From an uncultured Clostridia bacterium (lineage in GTDB: Bacteria; Bacillota; Clostridia; UBA1212; SIG427): DNA of 57,709 nucleotides. The notes under the pieces are model-generated. The model saw only the letters and a list, made by a program, of their open reading frames with translations, was not told the origin of the DNA and made no database searches. Position 1 is the first letter of the stretch. Each line of letters starts with the position of its first letter. The DNA is taken from assembly GCA_945965275.1 (NCBI GenBank), contig CAMFNB010000003.1, forward strand, positions 1 to 57,709. Reading direction: 5' to 3'. Shown one piece after another: positions 19,121 through 29,317 of this stretch. A program made the translations under genes and the position numbers.

Positions 19121-20395
19121 ATGAGTAATTGTGCTATTGTAGGAATTAACTGGGGCGATGAAGGTAAAGGCAGAATGGTAGACCTTCTTACAGAGGAATA
19201 CGACATAGTAGTTCGTTTCCAGGGCGGCGGAAATGCAGGACATACCGTAATCAATGAATTCGGTAACTTCGCACTCCATCTTTTACCGTCAGGTATTTTC
19301 AGAAAAGAAGTTGTTAACATTCTCGGCAACGGCGTGGCTGTTGACCCGGAAAACCTTTATTCAGAAATTCAGGGTGTTGTTTCACAGGGAGTAAGCATCA
19401 CACCTGAGAATCTTAAAATCAGTGATCGCGCTTCACTCGTAATTCCATGGCACAGAGACCTGGACGGACTTGAAGAAGCAAGACTTGCAGACAAAAAGTT
19501 CGGTTCCACAAAGCAGGGTATCGCACCTTTCTACTCAGACAAATATCAAAAGAAAACAATCCTCGCAGGCGAGTTATTATATCCTGACCACTTAAGAGCA
19601 CATCTTAAGGACATTATGGAATGGAAAAACCTCACACTTCAAAATGTATACGGAGCGGAACCATACACAATGGAAATGCTTGAACAGTGGATTCAGGAAT
19701 CATGTGAGAAAATCAAGCCGTTTGTATGCAACACAACAGCATTCTTAAGAGACGCAAAGAAAAACGGCAAGAAGATTATGTTCGAGGCACAGCTCGGTTC
19801 ATTAAGAGACCTTGACTATGGTATCCATCCATATACAACATCTTCAAACACAACAGCTGCTTATGCTCCGGTAGGTTCAGGTCTTCCGGGTGCTAAGATT
19901 GATAAAATCGTCGGCGTTGTAAAAGCTTACTCAACATGTGTAGGCGAAGGACCTTTCGTTTGTGAAATGTTCGGTGACGAAGCTGAAGAACTCCGCAAAG
20001 CCGGCTTTGAATACGGTGCTAAGACAGGCAGACCGAGAAGAGTAGGACCTATCGATATCGTTGCAACAAGATACGGTGTTGAAGTTCAGGCCGCAACAGA
20101 AATTGCTCTTACAAAGCTTGACGTATTAAGTTATATGGACAAGATTCCTGTATGTACAAGGTACGAATTAAACGGTGAACTTACAGACGAGTTCCCGTTC
20201 CCGGTTGCACTCAATGATGCAAAGCCTGTTATTGAATACTTTGACGGTTGGAAGACAGATATTTCAGGAATCAGAAAATGGGAAGATCTTCCTGAAGCAG
20301 CACAGAAATATGTTGAATACATAGAAAAAGAAATCGGCTGCTACATCAAGTATGTTTCCGTAGGACCTGAGAGAGACAGCATTATCATAAGATAA
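19121..20395 (+). CDS. purA: Adenylosuccinate synthetase
   Basis: WGDEGKG, GGGNAGHT, EYGAKTGRPRRVG, TKLDVL, SVGPER. Confidence 0.95.
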   Translation: MSNCAIVGINWGDEGKGRMVDLLTEEYDIVVRFQGGGNAGHTVINEFGNFALHLLPSGIFRKEVVNILGNGVAVDPENLYSEIQGVVSQGVSITPENLKISDRASLVIPWHRDLDGLEEARLADKKFGSTKQGIAPFYSDKYQKKTILAGELLYPDHLRAHLKDIMEWKNLTLQNVYGAEPYTMEMLEQWIQESCEKIKPFVCNTTAFLRDAKKNGKKIMFEAQLGSLRDLDYGIHPYTTSSNTTAAYAPVGSGLPGAKIDKIVGVVKAYSTCVGEGPFVCEMFGDEAEELRKAGFEYGAKTGRPRRVGPIDIVATRYGVEVQAATEIALTKLDVLSYMDKIPVCTRYELNGELTDEFPFPVALNDAKPVIEYFDGWKTDISGIRKWEDLPEAAQKYVEYIEKEIGCYIKYVSVGPERDSIIIR

Positions 20396-20410
20396 TCGGG
20401 GGACAGTTAA

Positions 20411-21826
20411 ATGACAAACAAGTACGAATCACCTTTGTCTTCAAGATATGCCTCTGAATACATGCTTGGTCTTTTCTCCTCTGATACCCGTTATCAGACA
20501 TGGAGAAAGCTTTGGGTTTCACTTGCAAAAGCAGAAATGTCACTCGGACTTCCGATTACGGAAGAGCAGGTTAAAGAGCTTGAAGATAATATAACAAACA
20601 TAGATTATGATTGTGTTGCAAAGCGTGAGCACGAAGTAAGACATGATGTAATGGCACATGTATATGCTTACGGCAAGGTTGCACCGAAGGCAGCAGGAAT
20701 CATTCACTTAGGTGCCACAAGCTGTTACGTAACAGACAATGCTGATCTCGTAATTTACAAGGATGCTCTTTTATATATCCGTAAAATGATTCAGGGTGTA
20801 ATAGCAAATCTCTGTAATTTCGCAGATAAATACAAGGATATGCCGACTTTGGGCTACACACATTATCAGCCTGCACAGCTTGTAACCGTAGGTAAGCGTG
20901 CAACATTATGGATTCAGGACTTTGTATCTGATTTAAGAGATGTTGACTATGTAATCAGCACTCTTAAATTCCTGGGATGCAGAGGAACAACCGGAACAGA
21001 AGCAAGCTTCATGAAACTCTTTGACGGAGATGAGTCAAAGATTGATAAGATGAACGAAATGATTGCACATGACTTCGGCTTCGATGAATGCTTCGATGTA
21101 TGCGGACAGACATACCCCCGTAAGACAGACAGCGTTATTTTAAATGTGCTTTCTTCAGTTGCACAGAGCTGCTACAGAATGGCAAATGACATCAGACTTC
21201 TTCAGCATGACAGACAGGTTGAAGAACCTTTTGAAAAGAGTCAGATCGGATCTTCTGCAATGGCATACAAGAGAAATCCGATGAGAAGTGAAAGAATATG
21301 TTCACTTGCACGTTATCTTATGGCTGATGCACAGAATGCAGCAATGACAGCTTCAGTACAGTGGCTTGAGAGAACACTTGATGACTCAGCTAACAGAAGA
21401 ATTTCCCTTCCTGAAGGGTTCCTTTGCGCAGATGCCATTTTAAGACTTGCACAGAATGTCACAGACGGCATGCATGTAAATGACAAAATTGTTGAGAAGA
21501 CAGTTAAAACATATCTCCCGTTCATGGCAACAGAAAATCTTATGATGGAAGCCGTTAAACGCGGCGGCGACAGACAGCAGATTCATGAAATCATCCGTGA
21601 GTGCTCAATGGAAGCCACAGCCAAGATGAAGAACGGAGAGGAATGCGACCTTCTCGAGAGATTATCTGCGAAGCCGGAATTCGGACTTACACTTGAGGAA
21701 ATGAATCAGTTACTCACTCCTTCAATGTATATCGGAAGATGCTCTGAGCAGGTAACAAAATATATCGAAAAAATCAAACCTCTTTTGGTCGGATACGAAG
21801 CAAAGTCGGCTGAAATCAATTTGTAA
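20411..21826 (+). CDS. purB: Adenylosuccinate lyase
   Basis: RHDVMAH, HLGATS, GYTHYQPAQ, SSAMAYKRNP. Confidence 0.95.
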   Translation: MTNKYESPLSSRYASEYMLGLFSSDTRYQTWRKLWVSLAKAEMSLGLPITEEQVKELEDNITNIDYDCVAKREHEVRHDVMAHVYAYGKVAPKAAGIIHLGATSCYVTDNADLVIYKDALLYIRKMIQGVIANLCNFADKYKDMPTLGYTHYQPAQLVTVGKRATLWIQDFVSDLRDVDYVISTLKFLGCRGTTGTEASFMKLFDGDESKIDKMNEMIAHDFGFDECFDVCGQTYPRKTDSVILNVLSSVAQSCYRMANDIRLLQHDRQVEEPFEKSQIGSSAMAYKRNPMRSERICSLARYLMADAQNAAMTASVQWLERTLDDSANRRISLPEGFLCADAILRLAQNVTDGMHVNDKIVEKTVKTYLPFMATENLMMEAVKRGGDRQQIHEIIRECSMEATAKMKNGEECDLLERLSAKPEFGLTLEEMNQLLTPSMYIGRCSEQVTKYIEKIKPLLVGYEAKSAEINL

Positions 21827-21849
21827 GTTATATTATGAGGTAAATCAAG

Positions 21850-23382
21850 GTGGATAAAATACTCGTTTTGGATTTTGGCGGTCAGTACAATCAGCTGATA
21901 GCCAGAAGAGTTCGTGCTAATCAAGTTTACGCAGAAATACTGCCATATAATAAGATTTCGACACAGGAAATTAAAGACAAAGGATACAAAGGAATCATTT
22001 TTACCGGCGGTCCTAACAGTGTATATGATGAGAAATCTCCGCATTTCAATCCTGATATTCTGGATGCGGGAATTCCGATTCTCGGCATTTGCTACGGCGA
22101 TCAGCTCATGGCATATATGGCGAAGGGAGAAATCACTTCTGCAGAAAACAGCAGCGAATACGGTAAAACAATTCTTTTTACAGAGAAAAATGTTCTGTTC
22201 GAAGACGTTGCAGAGAAAAGCATTTGCTGGATGAGTCACACGGATTTCATTAAACAGGCTCCGGAAGGCTTCAGAATCATTGCTCACACAGAGAAGTGTC
22301 CCTGTGCGGCAATGTGCGATGAGAGCAGAAAACTCTACGGTGTTCAGTTCCATCCTGAGGTAACTCATACAGAATTCGGAAGCGAAATTTTACGTAATTT
22401 CATTTTTAAGGTTTGTGAATGTAAACAAGACTGGAAGATGTCCGACTTCGTGGAAACTTCAGTCAATAAATATAAAGAAGAGCTTGCCGGTAAAAAGGTA
22501 TTGCTCGCACTTTCAGGCGGTGTGGATTCATCAGTTGCAGCTGTTCTTTTGAACAAGGCAATCGGTGACCGTCTTGTTTGTGTATTCGTAGATCATGGTT
22601 TGCTCAGAAAAGACGAAGGCGATTTCGTTGAGAAAACATTCGGACACGGATTCGGAATAAATCTTATCAGAGTAAACGCACAGGAAAGATTTTTATCTAA
22701 ACTCGAAGGCGTTACAGAGCCTGAGAAGAAGAGAAAAATAATCGGCGAAGAATTCATCAGGGTATTTGAAGAAGAAGCCAAGAAGCTGGGCAAAATTGAT
22801 GTCCTGGTTCAGGGAACAATCTATCCTGATGTAATTGAAAGCGGAAAAGGGGATTCCGCTGTAATTAAGAGCCATCATAACGTCGGAGGACTTCCTTCTG
22901 TAATTTCATTTGAGCAGATCGTTGAACCTTTAAGAGACCTTTTCAAGGATGAGGTTCGCGAAGTGGGAACACAGCTGGGTATTCCTCATGAACTTGTATG
23001 GAGACAGCCTTTCCCGGGTCCGGGACTGGCGGTTCGTGTCATCGGAGAAATCACGAAAGAAAAACTTGATATGTTGCGTGAGGCAGACGCAATCTTCCGT
23101 GAGGAAGTAATCAATAACGGACTTGAGCAAAGCACTAATCAGTATTTTGCGGTAATTACCAATACACGCTCAGTAGGTGTAATGGGTGACGCAAGAACTT
23201 ATGGTTATACGGTTGTGCTCAGAGCTGTTACGACAGATGATTTCATGACAGCAGAGTGGACTCGCATACCATTTGAAGTTCTTGGAGAAGCAAGCAGAAG
23301 AATAACAAATGAAGTTAAGGGCATTACGAGAGTAGTTTACGATATTACCTCTAAGCCGCCCGCAACTGTAGAATGGGAGTAA
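21850..23382 (+). CDS. guaA: GMP synthase (glutamine-hydrolysing)
   Basis: [49 protein letters not shown]; GTG start. Confidence 0.97.
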   Translation: MDKILVLDFGGQYNQLIARRVRANQVYAEILPYNKISTQEIKDKGYKGIIFTGGPNSVYDEKSPHFNPDILDAGIPILGICYGDQLMAYMAKGEITSAENSSEYGKTILFTEKNVLFEDVAEKSICWMSHTDFIKQAPEGFRIIAHTEKCPCAAMCDESRKLYGVQFHPEVTHTEFGSEILRNFIFKVCECKQDWKMSDFVETSVNKYKEELAGKKVLLALSGGVDSSVAAVLLNKAIGDRLVCVFVDHGLLRKDEGDFVEKTFGHGFGINLIRVNAQERFLSKLEGVTEPEKKRKIIGEEFIRVFEEEAKKLGKIDVLVQGTIYPDVIESGKGDSAVIKSHHNVGGLPSVISFEQIVEPLRDLFKDEVREVGTQLGIPHELVWRQPFPGPGLAVRVIGEITKEKLDMLREADAIFREEVINNGLEQSTNQYFAVITNTRSVGVMGDARTYGYTVVLRAVTTDDFMTAEWTRIPFEVLGEASRRITNEVKGITRVVYDITSKPPATVEWE

Positions 23383-23388
23383 TCTAAA

Positions 23389-24996
23389 ATGACAAAGTAT
23401 ATATTCGTAACCGGAGGCGTAGTATCAGGCCTCGGTAAAGGCATTACGGCAGCTTCACTGGGAAGACTGCTTAAAGCTCGTGGTTTAAAAGTAGCAGCAC
23501 AAAAGCTTGACCCGTACATCAATGTAGACCCGGGAACAATGAGCCCATATCAGCACGGAGAAGTTTATGTAACTGAAGACGGTGCTGAAACGGACCTTGA
23601 CCTCGGTCACTACGAGCGTTTTATCGATGAAAACTTAAACAAATATTCAAACCTTACAACCGGCAAGGTTTATTGGAATGTACTTAACAAAGAGAGAAAG
23701 GGAGAATACCTTGGTTCAACAGTGCAGGTAATTCCCCATATTACTGATGAAATCAAAGCTTTTGTTTACAGTGTCGGTAAAAAGACAGATGCCGACGTTG
23801 TTATCACTGAAATCGGCGGTACAATCGGTGACATCGAATCACAGCCGTTCCTTGAAGCAGTTCGTCAGGTTTCTCTTGAAGTGGGCAGAGAAAACAGCCT
23901 CTTCATTCACGTAACTCTTGTACCGTTCTTAAGCGGTTCGGATGAACACAAATCAAAGCCTACACAGCACTCTGTAAAAGAGCTGCTCGGTATGGGTATT
24001 AACCCTAATATTATTGTGCTTCGATGCGACAGACCTCTTGAAGATTCAATCTTCAAAAAGATTGCTTTATTCTGTAACGTTAAGCAGGATTGTGTAATAG
24101 AGAACATCACATTGCCGAACCTTTATGAGGCTCCGCTTATGCTTGAAAGAGCAAACTTCTCTGACGTTGTATGCAGAGAACTCAACATTGATGCTCCGAA
24201 ACCTGATCTTGCCGAATGGACAGAGCTTGTGGAAGCAATCAATTCACGTACTGACATCGTGAAAATCGGCCTTGTCGGAAAGTATGTAGAACTTCATGAC
24301 GCATATCTTTCAGTTGCTGAAGCTTTGAGACATGCCGGATATGTGCACAATGCACATGTTGATATAAAATGGATTGACTCAGAAGAAATCAATGAAACAA
24401 ATGTTGCAGAAGCTCTTGCGGGACTTGACGGCATTATTGTGCCCGGCGGCTTCGGCAGCAGAGGCATTGAAGGAATGATTACTTCTGTAAAATATGCAAG
24501 AGAAAATAAACTTCCTCTGTTTGGCATCTGTCTCGGAATGCAGATTGCCGTTATCGAATACACAAGAAACGTTCTCGGAATAAAGGACGCAAACTCAGGC
24601 GAGTTCGATGAACAGTGCAAGAACAAAGTCATTGACTTTATGCCGGGACAAAGTGATGACATTGATAAGGGCGGTACGCTCAGACTCGGTGCTTATCCTT
24701 GTGTAATCAAAGAAGGAACAAAGATGAAGGAGTGCTACGGCCAGTCTGAAATCAGTGAAAGACACAGACACAGATATGAGTTTAATAACGATTATCGCGA
24801 TGCTCTTGAAAAGGCAGGTCTCACTTTGAGCGGCATGTCACCTGACGGCAACCTTGTCGAAACAGTGGAACTTACTGACAGAGACTTCTATGTGGGCGTA
24901 CAGTACCATCCTGAATTTAAGAGCAGACCTAACCGTGCTCATCCTTTATTCAGAGGATTTATCGGTGCAGCATTAAAGCACGCAAAAGGAGAATAA
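23389..24996 (+). CDS. pyrG: CTP synthase
   Basis: [44 protein letters not shown]. Confidence 0.97.
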   Translation: MTKYIFVTGGVVSGLGKGITAASLGRLLKARGLKVAAQKLDPYINVDPGTMSPYQHGEVYVTEDGAETDLDLGHYERFIDENLNKYSNLTTGKVYWNVLNKERKGEYLGSTVQVIPHITDEIKAFVYSVGKKTDADVVITEIGGTIGDIESQPFLEAVRQVSLEVGRENSLFIHVTLVPFLSGSDEHKSKPTQHSVKELLGMGINPNIIVLRCDRPLEDSIFKKIALFCNVKQDCVIENITLPNLYEAPLMLERANFSDVVCRELNIDAPKPDLAEWTELVEAINSRTDIVKIGLVGKYVELHDAYLSVAEALRHAGYVHNAHVDIKWIDSEEINETNVAEALAGLDGIIVPGGFGSRGIEGMITSVKYARENKLPLFGICLGMQIAVIEYTRNVLGIKDANSGEFDEQCKNKVIDFMPGQSDDIDKGGTLRLGAYPCVIKEGTKMKECYGQSEISERHRHRYEFNNDYRDALEKAGLTLSGMSPDGNLVETVELTDRDFYVGVQYHPEFKSRPNRAHPLFRGFIGAALKHAKGE

Positions 24997-24997
24997 T

Positions 24998-26182
24998 ATG
25001 GTAAAGCCAAACGAGAACTACGGTAAATTAAAAGAATCATATCTTTTTGCAGGTATTGCAAAGAAAACAAAACAGTACCTTGAGGAACACCCCGACAAGC
25101 ACCTTTACAGAATGGGTATCGGCGATGTATCTCTTCCTCTTTGTCAGGCAGTAATCGATGCACTTCATGAGGGTGTTAAAGATCAGGCGGTAAAAGAAAG
25201 TTTCCACGGATATATGCCGGAATGCGGAGAGATGTTTCTTCGCGAAGCAATTTGCAGACATTATGCAACAAGAGGCGTAACACTTGAAGACGATGAAGTG
25301 TTTGTTTCAAGCGGTGCAAAGGATGATCTTGCAGACATTCTTGACATGTTTGACGTAAGCAACAAGATTCTTGTTACAGAACCAGCATATCCTGCATATG
25401 TCGATGCAAACATAATGGACGGAAGAGAAATCCTCCATCTTAATTCGGGAATTGATGACGGCTTTTTACCGGTTCCCAGTGAAGATACAAAGGGTGATAT
25501 CATATATATCTGTTCGCCTAATAACCCCACAGGAGCAACCTATGACAGGGAAAAACTTAAGGTTTGGGTTGATTTCGCAAACAAAAATGAATCAATCATC
25601 TTCTTTGACGCTGCATATGAAGCATTTATCGAAGAAGAAGGAATTCCGCACAGTATCTATGAAATTGAGGGCGCTGAAACATGTGCAGTTGAAATCTGTT
25701 CTCTTTCAAAGACAGCCGGCTTCACAGGTACAAGACTCGGATATACAATCGTTCCGAAGAAGCTTAACAGAGGCGGCGTAAACCTCAATAAAATGTGGGT
25801 AAGAAACAGAACAACAAAGACAAACGGAGTTTCTTACATTTTACAGAAGGGCGCTGCTGCAGTGTTCACTCCTGAGGGACAAAAGCAGATTTATGAGAAT
25901 ATTGCAGTATATAAAAACAATGCAAAGGTTCTTATGAAAGCATTTGACGAGCTTGATATCTGGTACTGCGGCGGTAAAAATGCTCCGTATATTTGGATCA
26001 AGTGTCCGAATAATATGGGAAGTTGGGAATTCTTCGACTATCTTTTAAATGAGATTCAGGTTGTGGGAACTCCGGGAGAAGGCTTCGGAGCATGCGGAGA
26101 AGGATATTTCAGATTCTCAACATTCGGAAGTCCCGAGGATACAGTGGAAGCCGCTAAGAGAATGGTTGAACTTCTAAGGTAA
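24998..26182 (+). CDS. dapL: LL-diaminopimelate aminotransferase
   Basis: SYLF, GIGDV, SSGAKDD, CSPNNPTG, SLSKTAGFTGTR, NAPYIW, GFGACGEGYFR. Confidence 0.9.
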   Translation: MVKPNENYGKLKESYLFAGIAKKTKQYLEEHPDKHLYRMGIGDVSLPLCQAVIDALHEGVKDQAVKESFHGYMPECGEMFLREAICRHYATRGVTLEDDEVFVSSGAKDDLADILDMFDVSNKILVTEPAYPAYVDANIMDGREILHLNSGIDDGFLPVPSEDTKGDIIYICSPNNPTGATYDREKLKVWVDFANKNESIIFFDAAYEAFIEEEGIPHSIYEIEGAETCAVEICSLSKTAGFTGTRLGYTIVPKKLNRGGVNLNKMWVRNRTTKTNGVSYILQKGAAAVFTPEGQKQIYENIAVYKNNAKVLMKAFDELDIWYCGGKNAPYIWIKCPNNMGSWEFFDYLLNEIQVVGTPGEGFGACGEGYFRFSTFGSPEDTVEAAKRMVELLR

Positions 26183-26200
26183 GACAAAAGGAAGTACAAA

Positions 26201-26236
26201 GAAAGCCGATTCAAAAAAGAGTCGGCTTTTCTTGTT
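26201..26236 (+). terminator. Intrinsic terminator ending the purA operon
   Basis: gaaagccgattc/gagtcggctttt stem plus T-rich tail. Confidence 0.8.
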
Positions 26237-26303
26237 GCTTTAATATTAAATATAGTATAAAATTACTATATATACATTACTAAAGATAAAGGAAAATGAT
26301 TTT

Positions 26304-27524
26304 ATGATTTGTCCGATTTGCGGAAAAGAAATTAAAGATGACTCTCAATTCTGTATCTACTGTGGCGAAATGTTCGAGAGACCACATTCTGAAGAGGCAG
26401 AAGAAATCCATGAAGAAGAAAATACAGCCGAAGAAGCAACGACAGAAGAACCTGCCGAAGTAATTCCTGCGGAGGAAACAGTTGAAACTGTTGAAGGAGA
26501 GGTTGAAGAGAAAGCTCCCGAGGCTGAAATTGCCGAAGAAGTTGCTGAAAATGAACCTGCAGAGGAGACAGCTGAGGAAATTGTCGAAAAAGTAACCGAA
26601 GAGGTTCAGGAGGAAACAGATTCCTTGGCAGACGGAATTGTAGGCGGAGCAGTTGCAGCTGACGTTCTCGCAGAGGGCGAGGCTGAGATTGCTGCTGAAG
26701 AAACCGAAGAAGCAAGTGAAGAGGCATCTGTTGAAGAAACAACAGCAGAAGAAGTTGCTGTTTCTGAAACCGCAGAAGAAGTTACGGAAAAACCGGCAGA
26801 TGAAGCTTCGGCAGAAGAAGAGCCGAAAAAGAAGTCAAAAAAAGCACTTGCTGTTATTATCCCGATTATTGCAGCGCTGCTTTTGGCAGGAGCGGCATAT
26901 GCAACATGGCAGTGCTGTCCTTCCTTCAGAAATATATTTATTTCAGCAACATCGGAACCGGGAAAGACAACAGAAGAACCTGCAAATCCCACAAAGGAAC
27001 CCGGTGATGTGACAAAAGCTCCTGAAGAAACAGCAGTTCCCACCCAGGAACCGACTGCAGAACCGACAGCAGAGGCAACAACGGTCCCGACAACTGCACC
27101 GACAACAGCACCTACAGCAAAACCGACGGCGAAACCCACATCAGCTCCTACGGCCAAACCGACAGCAAAACCTACGGCTAAGCCGACAGCAGCTCCTACG
27201 GCAAATCCGTATGCACCCGTACCTTCATGGTGCAGAGTGGGAAGCGACGGAACCATTTATCCAAAGGAATATGTAAAAGGAAATCCGAAATACACTAATT
27301 ACGAGAACAAAAATCTTTGCGATACCGCACTTATCAGAAAGGGTCCCGGATTCGGATATGCCGCAACAAAGTGCGTGAGCGGACTTACACAGTTCATGAC
27401 TTTCCCTGATTTCAAGTACACGGATGCAGAGGGAAGAACCTGGATTTTGGTTGCGGAATCTTATGACAGTGCAACCGGATACTACCACGGAAACGGATGG
27501 ACTTCAGTAAATAACCTGAGATAA
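26304..27524 (+). CDS. Single-pass membrane protein: zinc ribbon, acidic disordered region, TM helix, Pro/Thr linker, small extracellular (possibly SH3b-like) domain
   Basis: CPICG..CIYCG; E/A-rich tract; ALAVIIPIIAALLLAGAA; PTAKPTA repeats; IRKGPGFGY..W..GW. Confidence 0.75.
   Translation: MICPICGKEIKDDSQFCIYCGEMFERPHSEEAEEIHEEENTAEEATTEEPAEVIPAEETVETVEGEVEEKAPEAEIAEEVAENEPAEETAEEIVEKVTEEVQEETDSLADGIVGGAVAADVLAEGEAEIAAEETEEASEEASVEETTAEEVAVSETAEEVTEKPADEASAEEEPKKKSKKALAVIIPIIAALLLAGAAYATWQCCPSFRNIFISATSEPGKTTEEPANPTKEPGDVTKAPEETAVPTQEPTAEPTAEATTVPTTAPTTAPTAKPTAKPTSAPTAKPTAKPTAKPTAAPTANPYAPVPSWCRVGSDGTIYPKEYVKGNPKYTNYENKNLCDTALIRKGPGFGYAATKCVSGLTQFMTFPDFKYTDAEGRTWILVAESYDSATGYYHGNGWTSVNNLR
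27040..27210 (+). repeat. Degenerate 12-bp coding repeats (PTxx linker)
   Basis: PTQEPTAEPTAE..PTTAPTTAPTAKPTAKPTSAPTAKPTAKPTAKPTAAPTA. Confidence 0.8.
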
Positions 27525-27564
27525 AAAAGTTATACTTCAGAGTATAATAATTCAGATTATAAGG

Positions 27565-27596
27565 AAAAAAGAGCCGACCAAACGGTCGGCTCTTTT
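27565..27596. terminator. Bidirectional intrinsic terminator
   Basis: aaaagagccgacc-aaac-ggtcggctctttt. Confidence 0.85.
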
Positions 27597-27609
27597 GATA
27601 GTGCATAAT

Positions 27610-27957
27610 TTAGATCTTTTCAACAACCTTTGCTGCTTTACCAACTCTGTTACGTAAGTAGTAGAGTTTAGCTCTGCGAACTTTACCATGTCTTACAAGT
27701 TCTACTTTAGCTACCTTTGGTGAGTGAACAGGGAATACTCTTTCAACACCAACACCGTAAGAAACACGTCTTACTGTGAATGTCTCTTTAGCACCTTCGC
27801 CGTGCATAGCGATTACTGTTCCTTCGAATACCTGGATTCTCTCACGAGTTCCTTCGATTACCTTAAAGTGAACTTTAACATAGTCACCAATCATTAACTT
27901 AGCAGCATCTTTCTTGAGATAATCTGCTTCAACAGCCTTAATGATATCCATCTTCAT
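27610..27957 (-). CDS. rplS: 50S ribosomal protein L19
   Basis: [27 protein letters not shown]. Confidence 0.98.
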   Translation of the reverse strand: MKMDIIKAVEADYLKKDAAKLMIGDYVKVHFKVIEGTRERIQVFEGTVIAMHGEGAKETFTVRRVSYGVGVERVFPVHSPKVAKVELVRHGKVRRAKLYYLRNRVGKAAKVVEKI

Positions 27958-27973
27958 TTCCTCCTTCCGTCCA

Positions 27974-28009
27974 AGGGCGTTCTTACATGAAGACGCAGCG
28001 GACCACCCG
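27974..28009 (-). ncRNA. Probable L19 leader (ribosomal protein autoregulatory RNA)
   Basis: Minus strand GGGTGGTCCGCTG..AAGAACGCCC hairpin directly upstream of the rplS RBS, resembling the Firmicute L19 leader from memory. Confidence 0.65.
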
Positions 28010-28116
28010 AAATAAAAAACAATTGTGTGCGTTTCAAAAACGCGCTCATATACTATAACATAAGGGAATAAAATAAGTCAAGTGATACTCCGAATACTTT
28101 TATGTTCAGTTAAGAA

Positions 28117-28902
28117 TCAGTCAAGAGACTCCCATATGCCGTCTTTGGCAATTGTGCTCCAGTCAGGCTTTAAATATCTTATTGATCTGCCTGAAGAAGT
28201 TTTTGAAGACTCCTGAAGGATGTAGTTTTGTTTTATTAAATCGGAAAGCGTTTTGTCCAGAGTCTCCTGATCGAGCTCCGTCTGCTTTGCGATGAATTCA
28301 ACCGATCTTTTATATGTAGGGAAAAAGTCGGGAATTGATTCACACTCCTTAAGATATGAGAAGAGAGCATTTCTGTATACTGCACCTTCGTCAACCTTAA
28401 GAGGCATTTCGATACACCAATCCGAACTGTTTACAAGATTTTTGCTGATACCTCCGGACACACCGTAAATTCCCACCTGCTTGCCGCAGAAATTTTTGAG
28501 GAATGCGGCACAGCTTGAAAAGTGGCCGTCGCCGGAGAAAATAATAAACAAATCAGCGCTGTCGCTTTGGAAGGCTTTCTGATATATATTGTCCAGAATA
28601 ATAAAATCTGTGTAATCTTTTTTGTACCTTTGGTCCGGATTATATGTGTCTATGATTTTGTTTGTAAAAGCGCGAATTCTTTTTGTTTCTGTTTCTTTAT
28701 CTTTGAATTTCTGAAAGTTTGCAAAGAATATAACCTCAATAATGTTGCAGCGCTTCTTTAAGTCATCAAACCATGACTGAATGTCAGGTTTTTTACCGTG
28801 TGTTCTTTCCAAAGAAATGTACCAGTGCTCATAATCTACGAACGCGACTGATTTGGGAAGCTCGGCTTTTGAACCTGCTTTTTTCTTAAAGAATAATCCC
28901 AT
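28117..28902 (-). CDS. NYN-domain (PIN-like) protein
   Basis: AFVDYEH, KKDYTDFIILD, IFSGDGHF; start at 28902 after GGAGG. Confidence 0.8.
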   Translation of the reverse strand: MGLFFKKKAGSKAELPKSVAFVDYEHWYISLERTHGKKPDIQSWFDDLKKRCNIIEVIFFANFQKFKDKETETKRIRAFTNKIIDTYNPDQRYKKDYTDFIILDNIYQKAFQSDSADLFIIFSGDGHFSSCAAFLKNFCGKQVGIYGVSGGISKNLVNSSDWCIEMPLKVDEGAVYRNALFSYLKECESIPDFFPTYKRSVEFIAKQTELDQETLDKTLSDLIKQNYILQESSKTSSGRSIRYLKPDWSTIAKDGIWESLD

Positions 28903-29062
28903 TAAATTGTAGTACCTCCAATGTTGCTGATTATTCGGAGTATTATTCACTTGTCTAAGAACATAAAAGTGCTTTATTATTATATCAAATTCCGTTTAAT
29001 TTGTAAAAAAAACGCAAAAGTATTATAATCAAAGGGCCTAAAATGACGAAAGGAAAAACGGT

Positions 29063-29317
29063 ATGTCAGAGAATACACCACAAAAGCCAAACGGTGGCAA
29101 AAACAATAATAATTCCGGAAACAACCGTAACAAAAACGGAAATTTCCATAAAAAGAACAATTATTACAGGCATAATAAATATAAAAACTTCAACAAACAG
29201 GCACCTAAAAAGGACCCTGCAGTTGAGACCATACAGGACATACAGGCCGATATGAAAAGAATTTCAAAAGAAATTGATCTTGAAATAAAAGAAATCGGCA
29301 CAATGACGCTCGGATGA
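29063..29317 (+). CDS. Small hypothetical protein, Asn/Lys-rich N-terminus and helical C-terminus
   Basis: AAAGGA RBS; stop overlaps holB start (ATGA). Confidence 0.7.
   Translation: MSENTPQKPNGGKNNNNSGNNRNKNGNFHKKNNYYRHNKYKNFNKQAPKKDPAVETIQDIQADMKRISKEIDLEIKEIGTMTLG

Noticed and set aside
27040-27210. Short tandem repeats as possible CRISPR or VNTR
   Set aside because: Codon-degenerate repeats encoding a Pro/Thr linker; no spacers or cas genes
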